Below, in pieces: positions 1 to 12,163 of a DNA stretch of 64,000 bases. Source of the DNA: Dendrobates tinctorius. Taxonomy: Eukaryota. Positions within the stretch are counted from its first letter, which is position 1; each line of letters begins with the position of its first letter. Location of the stretch: positions 3,100,001 to 3,164,000 of the forward strand of contig NW_027361986.1 of assembly GCF_039654945.1 (NCBI RefSeq). The letters are read 5' to 3'. The position numbers and the translations under genes are program-made. A model generated the notes under the pieces. That model saw nothing but the letters and a program-made list of their open reading frames with translations. It had not been told where the DNA came from and searched no databases.

Positions 1-996
1 TACTGATGGGCCCATCCTACATATAGCTCATTACTGTGTAAGTTCTGGACAACCCTTAAATGGGTTGTCAGGACCAAAACGATTATTCTTCAGTCACTCC
101 ATGTGACTGCAGACTTATGAATCCCCCCATGGCAAACACTGTGCTCTTCGAGGATTTGCCAGTTTCTGAGCAAGAATCGGTAGGTACATATGCTTTATAC
201 TCCCAGCCACAACCTGACTAGTGAGCGCAGTCTTGCTCTGTACACTTGTATGGAGCGAGGTTGCGCCCACCAGTCAGGTTCAATCCAGGAGTATGTATAA
301 CGCATACATACCTACTGACTCAGTAGTGAAGCCGCAAATCTACAGTGGATTGTTCTGCACTAGTACACAGACCATTTGTTCCCAGACCATCCATAGTGCA
401 ATTATGGAGCAGGTTTTTACACATATTTTATATAAATCAAACCAAGGAATAAATCCTTAAACAGCGGGAAAGTAAAGGGGCAATGGCGCTTGTGCTGACC
501 CCATCTTTGTCTGTAGTATTACACAACTTGGATCCGGACGTACCTCTTTAACAACCACATAACCAGACGATTTTTCATGCAGTTTAAATTCAAAGGATAT
601 GAAAGAAAAATAAAAAGTTTTTGGTGTTCATCTACTCCATAGAAGCCTATGGATACTTTACACAAGCTATTTTTGGTACGGAAAAACTGGCAATCTCCTT
701 GATTTGTGACAAACGTGCTAATTGCAGACAAAATCCTTTGAAGATATGCCAGACCCAATCTGATCGCGCAATACCATCCTGATCAACGACTTTATAATAT
801 GTATCATCTAGTAAATGAATGAATGGAAGGTGCAATATATATATAATTTTACAGAAATCAAACTTTCATGAGACCAATAACATTTTAAATTAAGTAAAAA
901 CATAGAATAACAGACTTTTGCTCTGTAGCCTGTACCCTGCTGCTGTGCAGTGCGGATACAGAGGTGCGGTGCTGCGATCAGCAGATCGCTCCCTAA

Positions 997-1584
997 GGCC
1001 TGTTTCACACTTCAGTTGTTTGACGTCAGTCAAAATACGCCGTTTTCAAAAAAATACGGATCCGCCATTTTTTTTTTGGCAGATCCGTTTTTTTTCCCAT
1101 TGACTTGCATTAGCGGCGGATTTTGACGGATGGTCATCCGCTGGATCCGTTTTTTGACGGAACCGCCAAAATTTTGGCGTCCACTGACTTCAGTGGACGG
1201 ACAATGAAAAGTTTTTTGTCTGCGTCAAAATAGCAGATAGTGACGGATCCGCCGCTATTCGCCATTCGTTATAATGGTCGCCTATGGGCGGCGGATCCGT
1301 TGCCAGCCGTTTTTTGACAGAATCTGGCAACGGATCCGCTTTTTGACACTGAGCATGCCCGGAACAATTTCCTTGCCATAAATTTAACCCCAAATTCCGT
1401 TCTGGCGGCAGAATTCTCTCTCTCTGACTCATACTCCTTTAAATTTCAGTCACTCACTACTAAAGCGGATCCGTTAAAAAACGGATCCGGTGGCATCTGT
1501 TTGTGCCACAACGGAAACGGATCTGTTTTTTCACAACCTGGCGGATTTTGACTGATGTCAAATAACAGAAATGTGAAACAGGCC
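997..1584. mobile_element. PIF/Harbinger-type MITE
   Basis: TIRs GGCCTGTTTCACA...TGTGAAACAGGCC, TAA TSD on both sides, internal CGGATCCG repeats. Confidence 0.85.
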
Positions 1585-1957
1585 TAAGACGACACCTATA
1601 CATAAGGGAGGAAGGTCAGTGAAGAATGACAGTCCGGCTGTCAGCTGATAGTTTGGGTGTAGCTGTCGGCTGATGTCCTATCTGCTTCCCCTGTGCTGGC
1701 TAAGCAGTTATACTGTGTTCAGAGCCCAACCAGAAGTAAGCAGTAATACATAACCTTTACATATACCATTAGAAGCCACTAACATTTTACAGCCCATACA
1801 TATATACATTTTAGGCTGAGGAAAACAAAGGAAATCCACTCACTGCATATCAGGTGCATTCACACTGCAGTGTAAGTTTAGTGTATGCACTAGAACAGCT
1901 TACAGCATATATCTTTGATCATGGCAGAGTGGTAGACTTTTCGACATTTGAGCTTAA

Positions 1958-2281
1958 AGGGGTATTCCCAAAACCAATACCCAGGTATAATAGCAAATAC
2001 CTTCAATTAGAAATGTAGTATAGTTCTTCTGATTCACCATGTCGTTTACCCCATGTGCAGGGCATTGCAGTAGCTTAGGTAACCATTGTTATGACCACTC
2101 ATAGTGAAAGCAGTTAGTGGTCAAAGCCATGGATATATCTAAGCTACTGCAATGCACTCCACATAGGGTAAGCGACATAGCTAATCAGAAGAACTATACC
2201 ACATTTCTAAATGGAGGTATTTGCTAATATTATCATACCTACTACTTATTGGGATAGGATATTGGGAATGGGAATATCTCT
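1958..2281. mobile_element. T2/Kolobok-type MITE
   Basis: TTAA TSD, termini AGGGGTATTCCCA / TGGGAATATCTCT, palindromic body. Confidence 0.8.
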
Positions 2282-2906
2282 TTAAGCTCAAACGTTAAAA
2301 AGTTTTCCACTCTAATATGATCTGAGATATATACTGTAAGCTTTTCTGGATTTTGGAGATGGGAAGACTTTTTTATAGCGAACTTGACAGCTGATACATG
2401 ATGCTCAATCCGTAGGCAGCAGGTATGATCTCAGCTAGTTACATTTCACTCTGATACACTATGGCATTTCAGAAAACATAAACATACTTTAAGACAACTG
2501 GGACTGAGCGGTGCTGGAGAACAGTCCGACAGGCTGGTCTCCAGCAGCTTCTCTGCGCCCCTGGCCTGCATTGACAGGTGTCTCCCTTTGTGCTTGTATA
2601 GGGAGAGAACTGTCACTCCAAGGCAGCGGAAGGAAGAAACTGTTGGACCAGACCTTCTAATTCGCGTCCATCGCGGCTCGGCCCTCAACGGCTTTTAAAG
2701 TGTATCACTCTCTGAAATGTCACAGCGTATCAGTGCCGGATACACGCTGCCCACAGATCGAGCAAACGTGTCATGTCGGGTTCACCACAAGGGAAATGTA
2801 TATACTGTGTGCCTATAACATGGTATACATCAGAAATCACAACACAGACACACTGCGAACAGTGTGAATGCACCCTTCAGACCTGATCATGAAAGTGGAT
2901 ACTTAA

Positions 2907-3239
2907 AGAGTAACGAAACGTGTGTAACTTTTATACTTTAGTGCAAGTAGGTCCCCGACCCCCACCAATTGCTCAACTCCTCCCTCGAGAGGTGCCCAGC
3001 GGAAAACAGATTCAGTTGAAGGCACAGGGTTCATAGTCTATGCTGTCTACTGAATATGTACCCCGCTCTCTTTGTGTGCGGCTGCCTCACGAGTTGGGCG
3101 CCTCTCAGGTGGAAGGGGATGACAGAGTTTGAGCAGTTGGTGGTGGGGGTCTCAGGATCCGGATTCCCACTAATCTGCTAGCAATTAAAGAATTAAAAGG
3201 ACAACCCAAACAAAAACTTATAAACGGTTTGGTTACTCT
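2907..3239. mobile_element. T2/Kolobok-type MITE
   Basis: TTAA TSD, termini AGAGTAAC / GTTACTCT, internal inverted repeats. Confidence 0.7.
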
Positions 3240-4264
3240 TTAATTGTATATTCACCTTGATTTATTACCCAAAGTTAAAGTTTTCAGATGATCGTGTTCA
3301 TTGCGATCTAGTGGCAGGTTTTATTCCCCCTCTGTTTGATCGCCCCCCCCCCCAATCACATGAAAACAGGTACCCTATACGGTCCCAAAGGATAGCAAAG
3401 TATATACAGGAATATTTGGGGGCTCTATTACCATAGAAATGGCATCATGGCTCCCATTATAAATGGAGCATCGACACTTTTTGGGGACAGGTTACGTAGT
3501 ACAGATTCACCAGTAAGAAGTGGGGACAAGGAAACTCAAAGTCAGTTTTATGAAACGAAAATTCAGTTTGTTTTTTTATAAAACATTGAAAAAGTGATTC
3601 CAGATATGACCTGCCGGGGTAAACAGGTGATGGGTATACAGGTGACCGCCAACATTCTTAGATATCGTACACCTCTACCAGTGCCATACATTGAAATGCC
3701 AGAGCTGTAGTCTGGCTGCAGCTGTAGTTTACCACCCATTTCTGTTAAAAACTGTTTTAACAATTTTCTTTGAGGACAATAAAAATATCCATTATTTTTA
3801 GTTACACAAAGACAGACACACAGGAGAGTTAGCATATGATTAAAAGAAAGTGAAGTCCTTGCAGTGTCATGTAATTAGACACCTCCGTGAAGTTAAGATC
3901 CACTTCGCAGAATCGACAGACCTGATCAATCCATTTCCGCTTGGGCAGAGCCGCGATAAAGTGACTGTGCTGATTAGCTCTGCCTGAGAGAAGTAGCGCT
4001 CAGTTACTGTTATTAAAATCACTGCAAATTCGGATTAGGGGGTAAAATGAGAAAAAATAAAATCAGTATTTAAAAAAAATAAAATACTCATTATGGAGGA
4101 AGCAAAATAAGAATGTGGATGCGATGTCTGTCTTCTCCTTTCCTTTTTTTGTAGTTCCCTTCAGAAGTGGTTGTAGAGTAGCTGAGCAGAAGACAGACAG
4201 CAGCTCCTTATAGATTCAAAAGACCATTAAAAAAATCCACTTTCAGTCACTAGCAATTAGCGGG

Positions 4265-4401
4265 TCAGAAGTCACTGAGGATGCTGATGTCGGCAAACTC
4301 TTTCCTGTAACGGTAAGAGTAGAGGCCCAGCAGGAAGGACCACTTCATGGACATGAAACTCCATACACACGACAAGTAGAAACTCTTTGGATCAGTGAGA
4401 G
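4265..4401 (-). CDS. SLC48A1: Heme transporter HRG1, coding exon 3 (not in ORF track)
   Basis: Polypyrimidine tract plus ag acceptor; encodes (S)[44 protein letters not shown] with TGA at 4267-4265. Exons sum to 133+168+137 = 438 nt = 145 aa plus stop. YxxRY and DISIL motifs are retained. Confidence 0.96.
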
Positions 4402-4532
4402 CTAAAGGAGAGGAAAACAAAAAGGGCAAAAAGTAAGTGACAGGCTGAAATTAAATTAACCATTAAACATGAAGACTTTGCATCTCTCCGCCACTAGGTG
4501 TTATAATGGTAAATTCACCAAGCCTGTTCTAG

Positions 4533-5157
4533 GATGGATGCCTTTCTTGAAAAATATTATGTTAGGCCAGTTTCACATTTGCGTTTCAGGGCGCAGCGAC
4601 GGCCTGTGCACGGCCGCCGCTAAGCCCTGCCCCCTGCCACGCCTCCGCCTGTAGCTCCGCCTACGGGCGCATGATGCTGCATGCGTCCCCTATCTTTATC
4701 ACTGAGGACGCAGGCCGTGCACAGTATGCGTTTGGCGGCGCCTGCGTCCTTTTGACGGTGCGCCGAGCGCAACCAAATTGCAACAGGTTGCATTTGGCGC
4801 TGGTCGGCGCACCGTCAAAAGGACGCAGGCGCCGCCAAAACGCATACTGCGCACGGCCTGCGTCCTCAGTGATAACGATAGGGGACGCATGCAGCGTCAT
4901 GCACCCAGAGGCAGAGCTACGAGCGGAGGTGTGGCAGGGGGCGGGGCTTAGCAGCGGCCGTGCGCAGGCCGTCGCTGCGCCCTGAAACGCAAATGTGAAA
5001 CCGGCCTTATGGGTGAAACATTCTGGAGATGGGACAATAATCCAGGGAACTAGTCTGATTACGGTTAGTGGAGCCTGGAAGGAATTTCCCTCTAATATGT
5101 AAAGTTTTAGGTTGCACTGGATGGACTTTTGTCTTCCTTCAACCTTAAAACTATAAA
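4533..5157 (+). mobile_element. CR1 LINE 3'-end fragment, split by the MITE
   Basis: GATGCCTTTCTTG end of ORF2 and a 3' UTR (GGAAGGAATTT...GGACTTTTGTCTTCCTTCAACCTT) resembling the CR1 3' end at 20650-20890. Confidence 0.6.
4565..5006. mobile_element. Near-perfect palindromic PIF/Harbinger-type MITE
   Basis: GGCCAGTTTCACATTTGCGTTTCAGGGCGC... mirrored at the far end; TTA TSD on both sides; inserted into a CR1 3' fragment. Confidence 0.9.
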
Positions 5158-5247
5158 AATATTCTGATTGTTACTGTAAAAGAACAGTTAATAATTACAG
5201 TTGCAAGTAAAAAGTAAATTTAAAAAAAAAAAAAAAAAAAAAGGATT

Positions 5248-5994
5248 GCCCCGATTCATGGACGCTTTTATACCAGAATTCTGGTGTACATCGCTTTAAA
5301 AAGTTAGAAAAGTTGGCAAGTTGCAAAAACTGGTTATGGACAGTTCCGTCCAGATGGCATAGCTGGGTCCAAAGGGGAAATGGTGAAGGTTTGACATGAG
5401 CTCGTCTAATTCATGATTAGCAGTGGTGTTCCTTATGTCGGAAATCTGACTCCAGTCCCTGACCGGAGTAGGATTTGTGGCGAGGCTCACTCCACATGTT
5501 AGTCACTCCTGTCAGATGCACGTCTCTAAATGAACCAGGAGCCCTCTGACTCCAACATACCCCTCATCAAGACCAGTGTGAGCAGCGTTGATCCTGATGA
5601 ATCGGGAACCTTTGGCTACGCAGTTTATGTTATATTTCCTTATTCAGAGAGGTGCAGCCTTCCTGTGCAGTTACTCCCAATATTTGAATTGTACCTTACA
5701 TGGCCTGTTAACTGGGAAATGTCCCTTTAGCTTTCAGCCATTTTTGTTTGACTAGGAAATGCTGTGGTGTTTCAGGGAAAAACATAGTTTAAGTAGGAAA
5801 TGCCACAACTCGTCATCCCCCCATTGCCATCAGTCTTGCCCCAGTTCTGCTTATTTCAGTGGACCTTGGGTAAACTAGTGAGTAGACACCAAAAGTCATA
5901 AAAGTTAGGTGCAACTTCAAGTTGCTCCTAAATTTTGTGACTTTTCAAAGCTTTTCAGCCACAATTCTGGCATGAAAGCTTTGATGAATCAGGC
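5248..5994. mobile_element. Old non-autonomous DNA transposon(s)
   Basis: Degenerate termini GCCCCGATTCAT / ATGAATCAGGC and inverted subterminal sequence. No TSD resolved. Confidence 0.45.
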
Positions 5995-6504
5995 TTTAAG
6001 TTTAGTCCTGACCTTAGCCCAACAGTAATGAACCTTTGAAGACTATTTACTCTCAGTCAGCGAGACCGGACTCGGAATACCTGTCGATTCTGAAACTCCT
6101 TTTCACTGAAACCTTTACTTGCCTTCAGCACGTGTGGTAATCTACAATCGGCGAATGCCTTTGAATGTAGAGATTGAGCAAGCAGTCACTATTCTCGTAT
6201 GCCATTAGTTTGTCTTTCTCGTTACGTTTAGCACTTCAATACTACGGACCTTGCCGACACCTTGTGCCCAGTTTAGCCCTTCTATCAGCCACATGCCCCG
6301 ATCATTTCCGGTATGTTGCTTTTTACAAGTAGATCTATTTTGCAAAAATGAAGAACTATAGCTCTGTGTTTGTTCCAATCTCTGGGACCGATTTCAGAAG
6401 GTTTTCTGCTTGTCAGATAACGATGAGACGTGATCATTACAGTGACACACAGTGGTCATCACTAGAGCTCAGCACGCACACGGAGAGGAACCGCAGATAC
6501 TTAC

Positions 6505-6672
6505 ACTGATGATTAGATATGGCTACAGCAAGAAACGTGATGAAGGCTATGACAGCCAGAATAAAGAAGGATATCCCAATACAGAGAAAGAAGCGCAGTC
6601 CCTTCAGCCATGTTCTCCAGAAGTCCTGAACATACATTATGTGTGTGATGAGAGACCACAAGGCCAAAACAC
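6505..6672 (-). CDS. SLC48A1: Heme transporter HRG1, coding exon 2
   Basis: Acceptor tcctgcag|, 168 nt, encodes (G)[55 protein letters not shown]; donor |gtaag. Carries H55 and H99, equivalent to the heme-transport histidines H56/H100 of human HRG1. Confidence 0.96.
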
Positions 6673-6745
6673 CTGCAGGAACGAATACAAAAGATTTAGA
6701 CATTGTAGAAGGAGAATGGCATTTTTCCTATATGAATTCAACTCT

Positions 6746-7015
6746 ATAGAATCATAGAATGTTAGCGTTGAAAGAGACCTCCAGGGTCGTCGTGTCCAAC
6801 CCCCTGCTCAAAGCAGGATTCACCAAATCATCTCAGACAGATATCTGTCCAGCATCTGTTTTAAAACCTCCATTGAAGGAGAACTCACCACCTCTCGTGG
6901 CAGCCTGTTCCACTCAATGATCACCCTCACTGTCAAAAAGTTTTTTCTAATATCTAATCTGTGTCTCCTCCTATTCAGTTTCATCCCATTGCTTCTAGTG
7001 TTTCCTTGTGCAAAT
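6746..7015 (-). mobile_element. CR1 LINE 3'-end fragment
   Basis: ORF 6820-7026 gives TRSNGMKL...RKNFLTVRVI.EWNRLPREVVSSPS, the CR1 ORF2 C-terminus; (ATTCTATG)n-type tail near 6746-6760. Confidence 0.85.
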
Positions 7016-7074
7016 ATTATGTTCATTTATAGAGTAACAGGTGTTCCCACATGAGACATTTATGGTACATCAAC

Positions 7075-7400
7075 AGAAAATATACAGAAGAATTCGGAGC
7101 TCAAAATGGCATGATGTGAAGAAGAGCCTTTTAATAATGTGGTCCAAAGTCAAGAGTCAGTGACGTTTCGGCCATGTAGACCTTATCAAACAGACTGGAG
7201 TGTGCAACCACAGCAAGAGGAATGAGGAGACTGCGCAGGAGAAGGTGCGTCCATTCCGTGCAGAGATCAAGCGCTTGGCACCTTCTTGAAATCATGCCGC
7301 TTTGAGCGCCAGGTTCTTTTCTCTATATATTTAAGAGCTGGGACTGTATCTGAGCACCAACCATTGGTAGGAGTGCCAGTACTTCATTAATATACATCCA
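7075..7400 (-). mobile_element. Penelope-like pseudo-LTR remnant
   Basis: Contains the minimal hammerhead, flanked by an imperfect inverted repeat (about 7081-7115 vs 7291-7330). Boundaries approximate. Confidence 0.45.
7155..7196 (-). ncRNA. Minimal type I hammerhead ribozyme motif (Penelope-type, U3-A8 variant)
   Basis: Minus strand reads AGTCTGT-TTGATAA-GGTC-TACAT-GGCC-GAAAC-GTC-ACTGACT: stem I 6/7 bp, 4-bp stem II, GAAA, palindromic ACGT stem III, GUC cleavage triplet. Confidence 0.65.
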
Positions 7401-7459
7401 CAGAACCTGTCACCAATGTCGGATCAGTGAGGATCCCACTTTTTAAAAATAACGCCTAA

Positions 7460-7738
7460 GGCCTCTTTCACACATCAGTTTTTTCCCACCAGTCATAATC
7501 TGTCAATTTTTGAAAAAAACGGATCCGCCAAAAAAGGGGCGTATCCGATTTTTTCTCCCATAGACTTACATTATTGGGGGATCTTGACTGACGGATCCGC
7601 CAAAATTCTCATTCTCTCTCATTCTCCGTCTGAACAACGGTCCGGTGCCACATGTTGCTGTCAATCCGCCGACGGATCCATTTTCCGCCATTTTCGCGGA
7701 TTACGACTGATCTGTAAAACGGATGTGTGAAACAGGCC
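7460..7738. mobile_element. PIF/Harbinger-type MITE
   Basis: TIRs GGCCTCTTTCACACATC / GATGTGTGAAACAGGCC, TAA TSD; related to the element at 997-1584. Confidence 0.85.
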
Positions 7739-8550
7739 TAAAAGAGAAGGGTACGGCCACATGTAGAACCTACTGCAGTTCTTGCCAAAACTAATTTTTT
7801 TTTATTGGTTTTAAGTCTATTGTTCGTTATGATTATCTAATAAAGTTTTCTATTTTACCATATGTAGGTTGTCTGCTCTATTATTAGGGTACCGCTGCTT
7901 TTTTACACCAATTCCTCCCTTCTTCTGTATGTATACCTCTTTTGTGTATAGCACAGTACCATAATATCTGGGTGGCACCGGCCTATTTTTCTTTATACTT
8001 CAGGACCTGCTATAATCAGGGTGTACATATGTTTATCAGGGTTTGTCCTCAGGTCACTGATTTATCATGGGTATTAGGTGGCAGAATCTGTGACAAGTTT
8101 CAGTACAATACGTGTGACTGTAATCCATGGGGTGGAACCAGCAGATTTGTGCAAAATTTAGGATTAAATTGTATCAGTTTATGCCAAGTAAAGAACATTT
8201 AAATATTAACATTCAGGCTTAGACTGACCCACCAAGGAGCTCATGAATGCCACTCATGTGTGCCTGAGCTACAAGTGGGCACTCGCAGCAAAACAGCCAT
8301 GAGGGTCCTGTCAAGCATTGAGTTGCTCCTCATAGGTGCAATGAGACTGAAGGCATGTGGTTTGGGGGGGTCACATGAGTAAAATGGAAGGTACAGGGCT
8401 TATTTCGACTACACCTCTCTGGAGAAAAAAAAAGGAAATATTTGCATGTTACTGGAGAGACGGCCTCCAGAATCAAATTCACTGGTGGGCCATAGATATC
8501 CAAGTCCAACACTTAACATTGTAAAGCCCCAAACCATGTACTCAGATTAA

Positions 8551-9203
8551 AGCAAACCTGTCACTGGGTATGACCGATATGAGATATGGCAATTACGGTC
8601 TCACATACAGCATTCTATAATGCTGTATATCTGCCCCCAACTAACCTGCAAGACAAGAAAAATAGCTTTTATTATGCAGTCGGGTTAGAGAGGTGTCACT
8701 GGTCTTGGTCACCTTTCTTGTGATGCCGTCCTTCTACTTGCTTTATGTAGAGGACATTCCCCCCCCCCCCCCCCCCCGAGTCATCCACCCAATCTCCCCG
8801 GCATTGCACTCCTGCGCAGGCACACTTCTCTAACCTGACTAGGATAGCGTAAGGTACTGCCCGCTATCACCTTTCCCTGCGCCTGAGCATTGCAGAACTT
8901 TACTTTGGCCTAGTCAGGGCAGAGACGTACGCCTGCACAGGTGCGAGCTGCCGGGGAACACTGTGCGGATGACGTAGGGACAAGTCATCCAGACAAAGCA
9001 AGAAGGAGGACGGCTTCGCAAGAAGAATGGAGGCGTCGGACGAAGAAAAGCGACACCCCTCAGACCGGACTGCTCCGCAGGGGAGTATATTCATATCTTG
9101 CAGGCCAGATTGGGGGCAGATAGAGAATTATAGAATGCTGTACATCAGGCCTGAAAAGTGGCTGCCATATCTCATATCGGTCAAACCTGTCGATTGGTTC
9201 CCT
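8551..9203. mobile_element. T2/Kolobok-type MITE
   Basis: Flanks TTAA/TTGA; inverted arms GACCGATATGAGATATGGC / GCCATATCTCATATCGGTC; related to 15961-16557. Confidence 0.75.
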
Positions 9204-9565
9204 TTGAGGATAAATTCACCCACAGGTCTTTGAAACAGATCTGCTTCAAAATCTACACCAAACTGCATAAAAAAGGTTTCCAATGCTCTTTCAATACTCC
9301 TCTTATCGATATGGTGGGAGATTCACATTACTGTTCAAACAGTATTTTTTTTTACATTAATAAAAAAAAAAAAAAAAACTCAGGAGGAAAAAGAAAAAGT
9401 GGCTTCTTTTATGTGAATTCTTTTGGGATTTTGCAAAAAATGTGGAGCTAAGTGGTATAAGAGCCTCTTCAAAATCCACATCAGAGAACCTCATGAATTT
9501 CGAATGTGGTTCTCTCTTGAAAATGTTGAATATTTGAGCCTCAAAACTTCACGAGAGTGACCTTA

Positions 9566-9774
9566 GGCCGTGGTCACACTTGCGAGTGCAGTGCAAGAAA
9601 CTCACGCGAGTCTCGTGACTCAATACCCGGCACTGCCGCCGGCGGTTTCGACTGGAGCGTTTAAAGCTACATAGAAAGACATGCAGCCACACACTCCGGT
9701 CCTGAGTGCCAGCGGCAGTGCCGGGTATTGATGCGCTAGTTTCTCGCACTGCACTCACAAGTGTGACCCCGGCC
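9566..9774. mobile_element. PIF/Harbinger-type MITE
   Basis: TIRs GGCCGTGGTCACACTTG / CAAGTGTGACCCCGGCC; palindromic; flanks TTA/TTT. Confidence 0.8.
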
Positions 9775-10771
9775 TTTCTGTATTATACCGCGGATTTTCC
9801 AAAAACAATTAGGGGAGTTAATAAGATTTGAACAATCTCATCTACATGTTGCGTAAATGTTCGGTGTGGAACATTAAACATGTAAAATCCTCAGCAAATC
9901 CATTCTCATTAAAAATCCGCATGCAACACATGAGAACAGAAAAGCAGCAGAAATACTGCAGATACGCCCTGAAAATCTGGATCAAGTCCGTGAGGGCTCG
10001 TTCAGGCGATTTTCACGGAGGCATTACAATCATTAGGATAAGAAATTGTATGTGACCTTTAATTAGGAAAATTGTTCATGTAATAAATAAATGCAGGCAC
10101 ATGGACGTAAAGAAAACCCCCAAAAACAGATACACGGACGGGATGTATATTTCTCCCCACTCCGTAGTCTGGATTCCGATTAGTTTTCACTTATAGGAAA
10201 CAGACTATTCAGTCGTTGTAAACCGGTCCGCACTTGTACAATACTCTGGTGACTGTGCACTTTCACAATACAGAGTAGTTGAAACTGATGATTTGGCAGA
10301 GGGATTTCACATTTTCTTCCTGAACACTATAAAAAAAAAAAAAAAAGACACACGACAAAAAAACATACCAAAAGCTAATACAAATATAGCAGTGTGGATT
10401 GTTAAATATCCAAAATTTGTAATCAAAACTTAAAGGGAGTAAAGCCTTATAGACACCGTTGTTTTGCGTTTTACCGGCTTCCTATGGTGTTTCCCACACT
10501 GTCTTCTGTATGACAGCATGGGAAACACTGGCGCGGTAGTTCTTATTGGCGGTAACGCTACTGCCGGTAAGACCGTCTGTCACAGCGCTGCAGGATCTGC
10601 TGGCAGATGTCAGCGTGACCCCGCAGGTGTGACTGCAACCCGCGGTAACGCTACCGCAGACTGTCGGTCAGAGCGCTGCGGACTCATGCTGTCAGATGTC
10701 AGCGTGTCCCCGCAGCGGTGACTATAACCCGCAGACATGGGTCGATGAGGCTACTCAAGTAAAATTACATA

Positions 10772-11697
10772 CCGTATATACTCGAGTATAAGCCGAGAAT
10801 TTCAGCCCATTTTTTTTTTTTTAAGGCTGAAAGTGCCCCTCTCGGCTTATACTCGAGTCATATAGGGGGTCGGCGGGGGAAGGGGAGCAGGGGTGTCAGA
10901 GATAATACTCACACCCTCCTGGCGTGGTCTCTGGAGCCTCTCTTCTTCCATGGTCTCGGCACTGCAGCTCTTCCTGCGTTCAGCGGTCACGTGGTACTGC
11001 TCATTAAAGTTGTGAATATGTGCATATTCATGACTTTAATTAGCGGTACCACATGACCGCTGAAACCTGGAAGAGCTGCAGCACTGAGACCATGGAAGAA
11101 GAGTGGCTGCAAAGACCGCGCCAGGAGGGGGTGAGTATGACGGGGGAAGCCAGATTCACCTGTCCACGTTCCGCCGCCGCGCGCCGCTCTGTCCTCCGAC
11201 TGTGACGTTCAGGTCAGAAGGCGCGATGACATAGTCAGAGCGCCCTCTGCTGAACGTCACTGCAGAGACCCGGGAGACAGAGGGGCACACGGCGATGGAA
11301 CGGAGACAGGTGAATATCGCCAGTGCCGGGGCCTGAGCCAGCGGCAACACCGGCACCTGTCCCCCATTGCGCGCCAGTGTCCCCGCCTGCTCAGGACACG
11401 GGCACCTGGCCCCCAGCAACGTAGAGGTGAGTATGTCTTTTATTTTTTTTTTTTTTTAATTGCAGCAGCAATATATGGGGGATATTTATCTATGGAGCAT
11501 CTTCTTGGGCCACCATTAACCCTTGTGCAGCATTTTATGGGGGGTACTTATCTATGGAGCATCTTTTTGGACCAGCATTAACCCTTGTGCAGCACCACCC
11601 TCAGCTTATACTCGAGTCAATGAGTTTTCCCAGTTTTTGTGGCAAAATTAGGGGCCTCGGCTTATACTCGGGTCAGCTTATACTCGAGTATACACGG
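10772..11697. mobile_element. Tc2/pogo-type non-autonomous element
   Basis: TA TSD; TIRs CCGTATATACTCGAGTATAAGC / GCTTATACTCGAGTATACACGG; repeated subterminal CGGCTTATACTCG. Confidence 0.85.
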
Positions 11698-12163
11698 TAC
11701 ATATTGAAATAAAAAGTATAAAAAATTATACTCCCCTAATGCCCAATCCACGATGCCATCTTCTCATATAAGTAATGTAAAATAATAAACCAACATATAC
11801 TCACCTGTTCGCCGTAGTCCAGGTAATCCTGAGTGTCCCACAGCGATCTCACCCGGCTGCCAGCAATACAATGACAGGAAGTAATTGCTGGTCTACAGCA
11901 TTCATTGCTATACGCGGCAAAAACTTGCCTTTTTTCCCGCAGCTTTTTACTGCCAAGAGATGCAAAAACCTTGCAGAAATGTCTGCAAACAAATACTCAA
12001 CATGTGCACATAGCCTTAACCAGACTTAAAGCTAGAAAGACCAGATTAGACTTTGCCAAAAACATCTAAAGAAGCCAGCTCTTTTCTGGAAAAGCATTTT
12101 TTGGGACTAAAATCAACCTGTACCAGAATGATGGGAGAAAGAAAAAAGGCTTGAAAAGGTTCA

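Noticed and set aside
3261-3325. AATAAA signals on the minus strand about 1 kb past the stop codon
   Set aside because: Plausible SLC48A1 poly(A) signals, but the hexamer is common in AT-rich DNA and cannot be assigned without transcript data.
3860-3970. Two ARE-like matches in the presumptive 3' UTR
   Set aside because: About 100 bp apart, lacking AT-rich Maf flanks, and within chance expectation for this short consensus.
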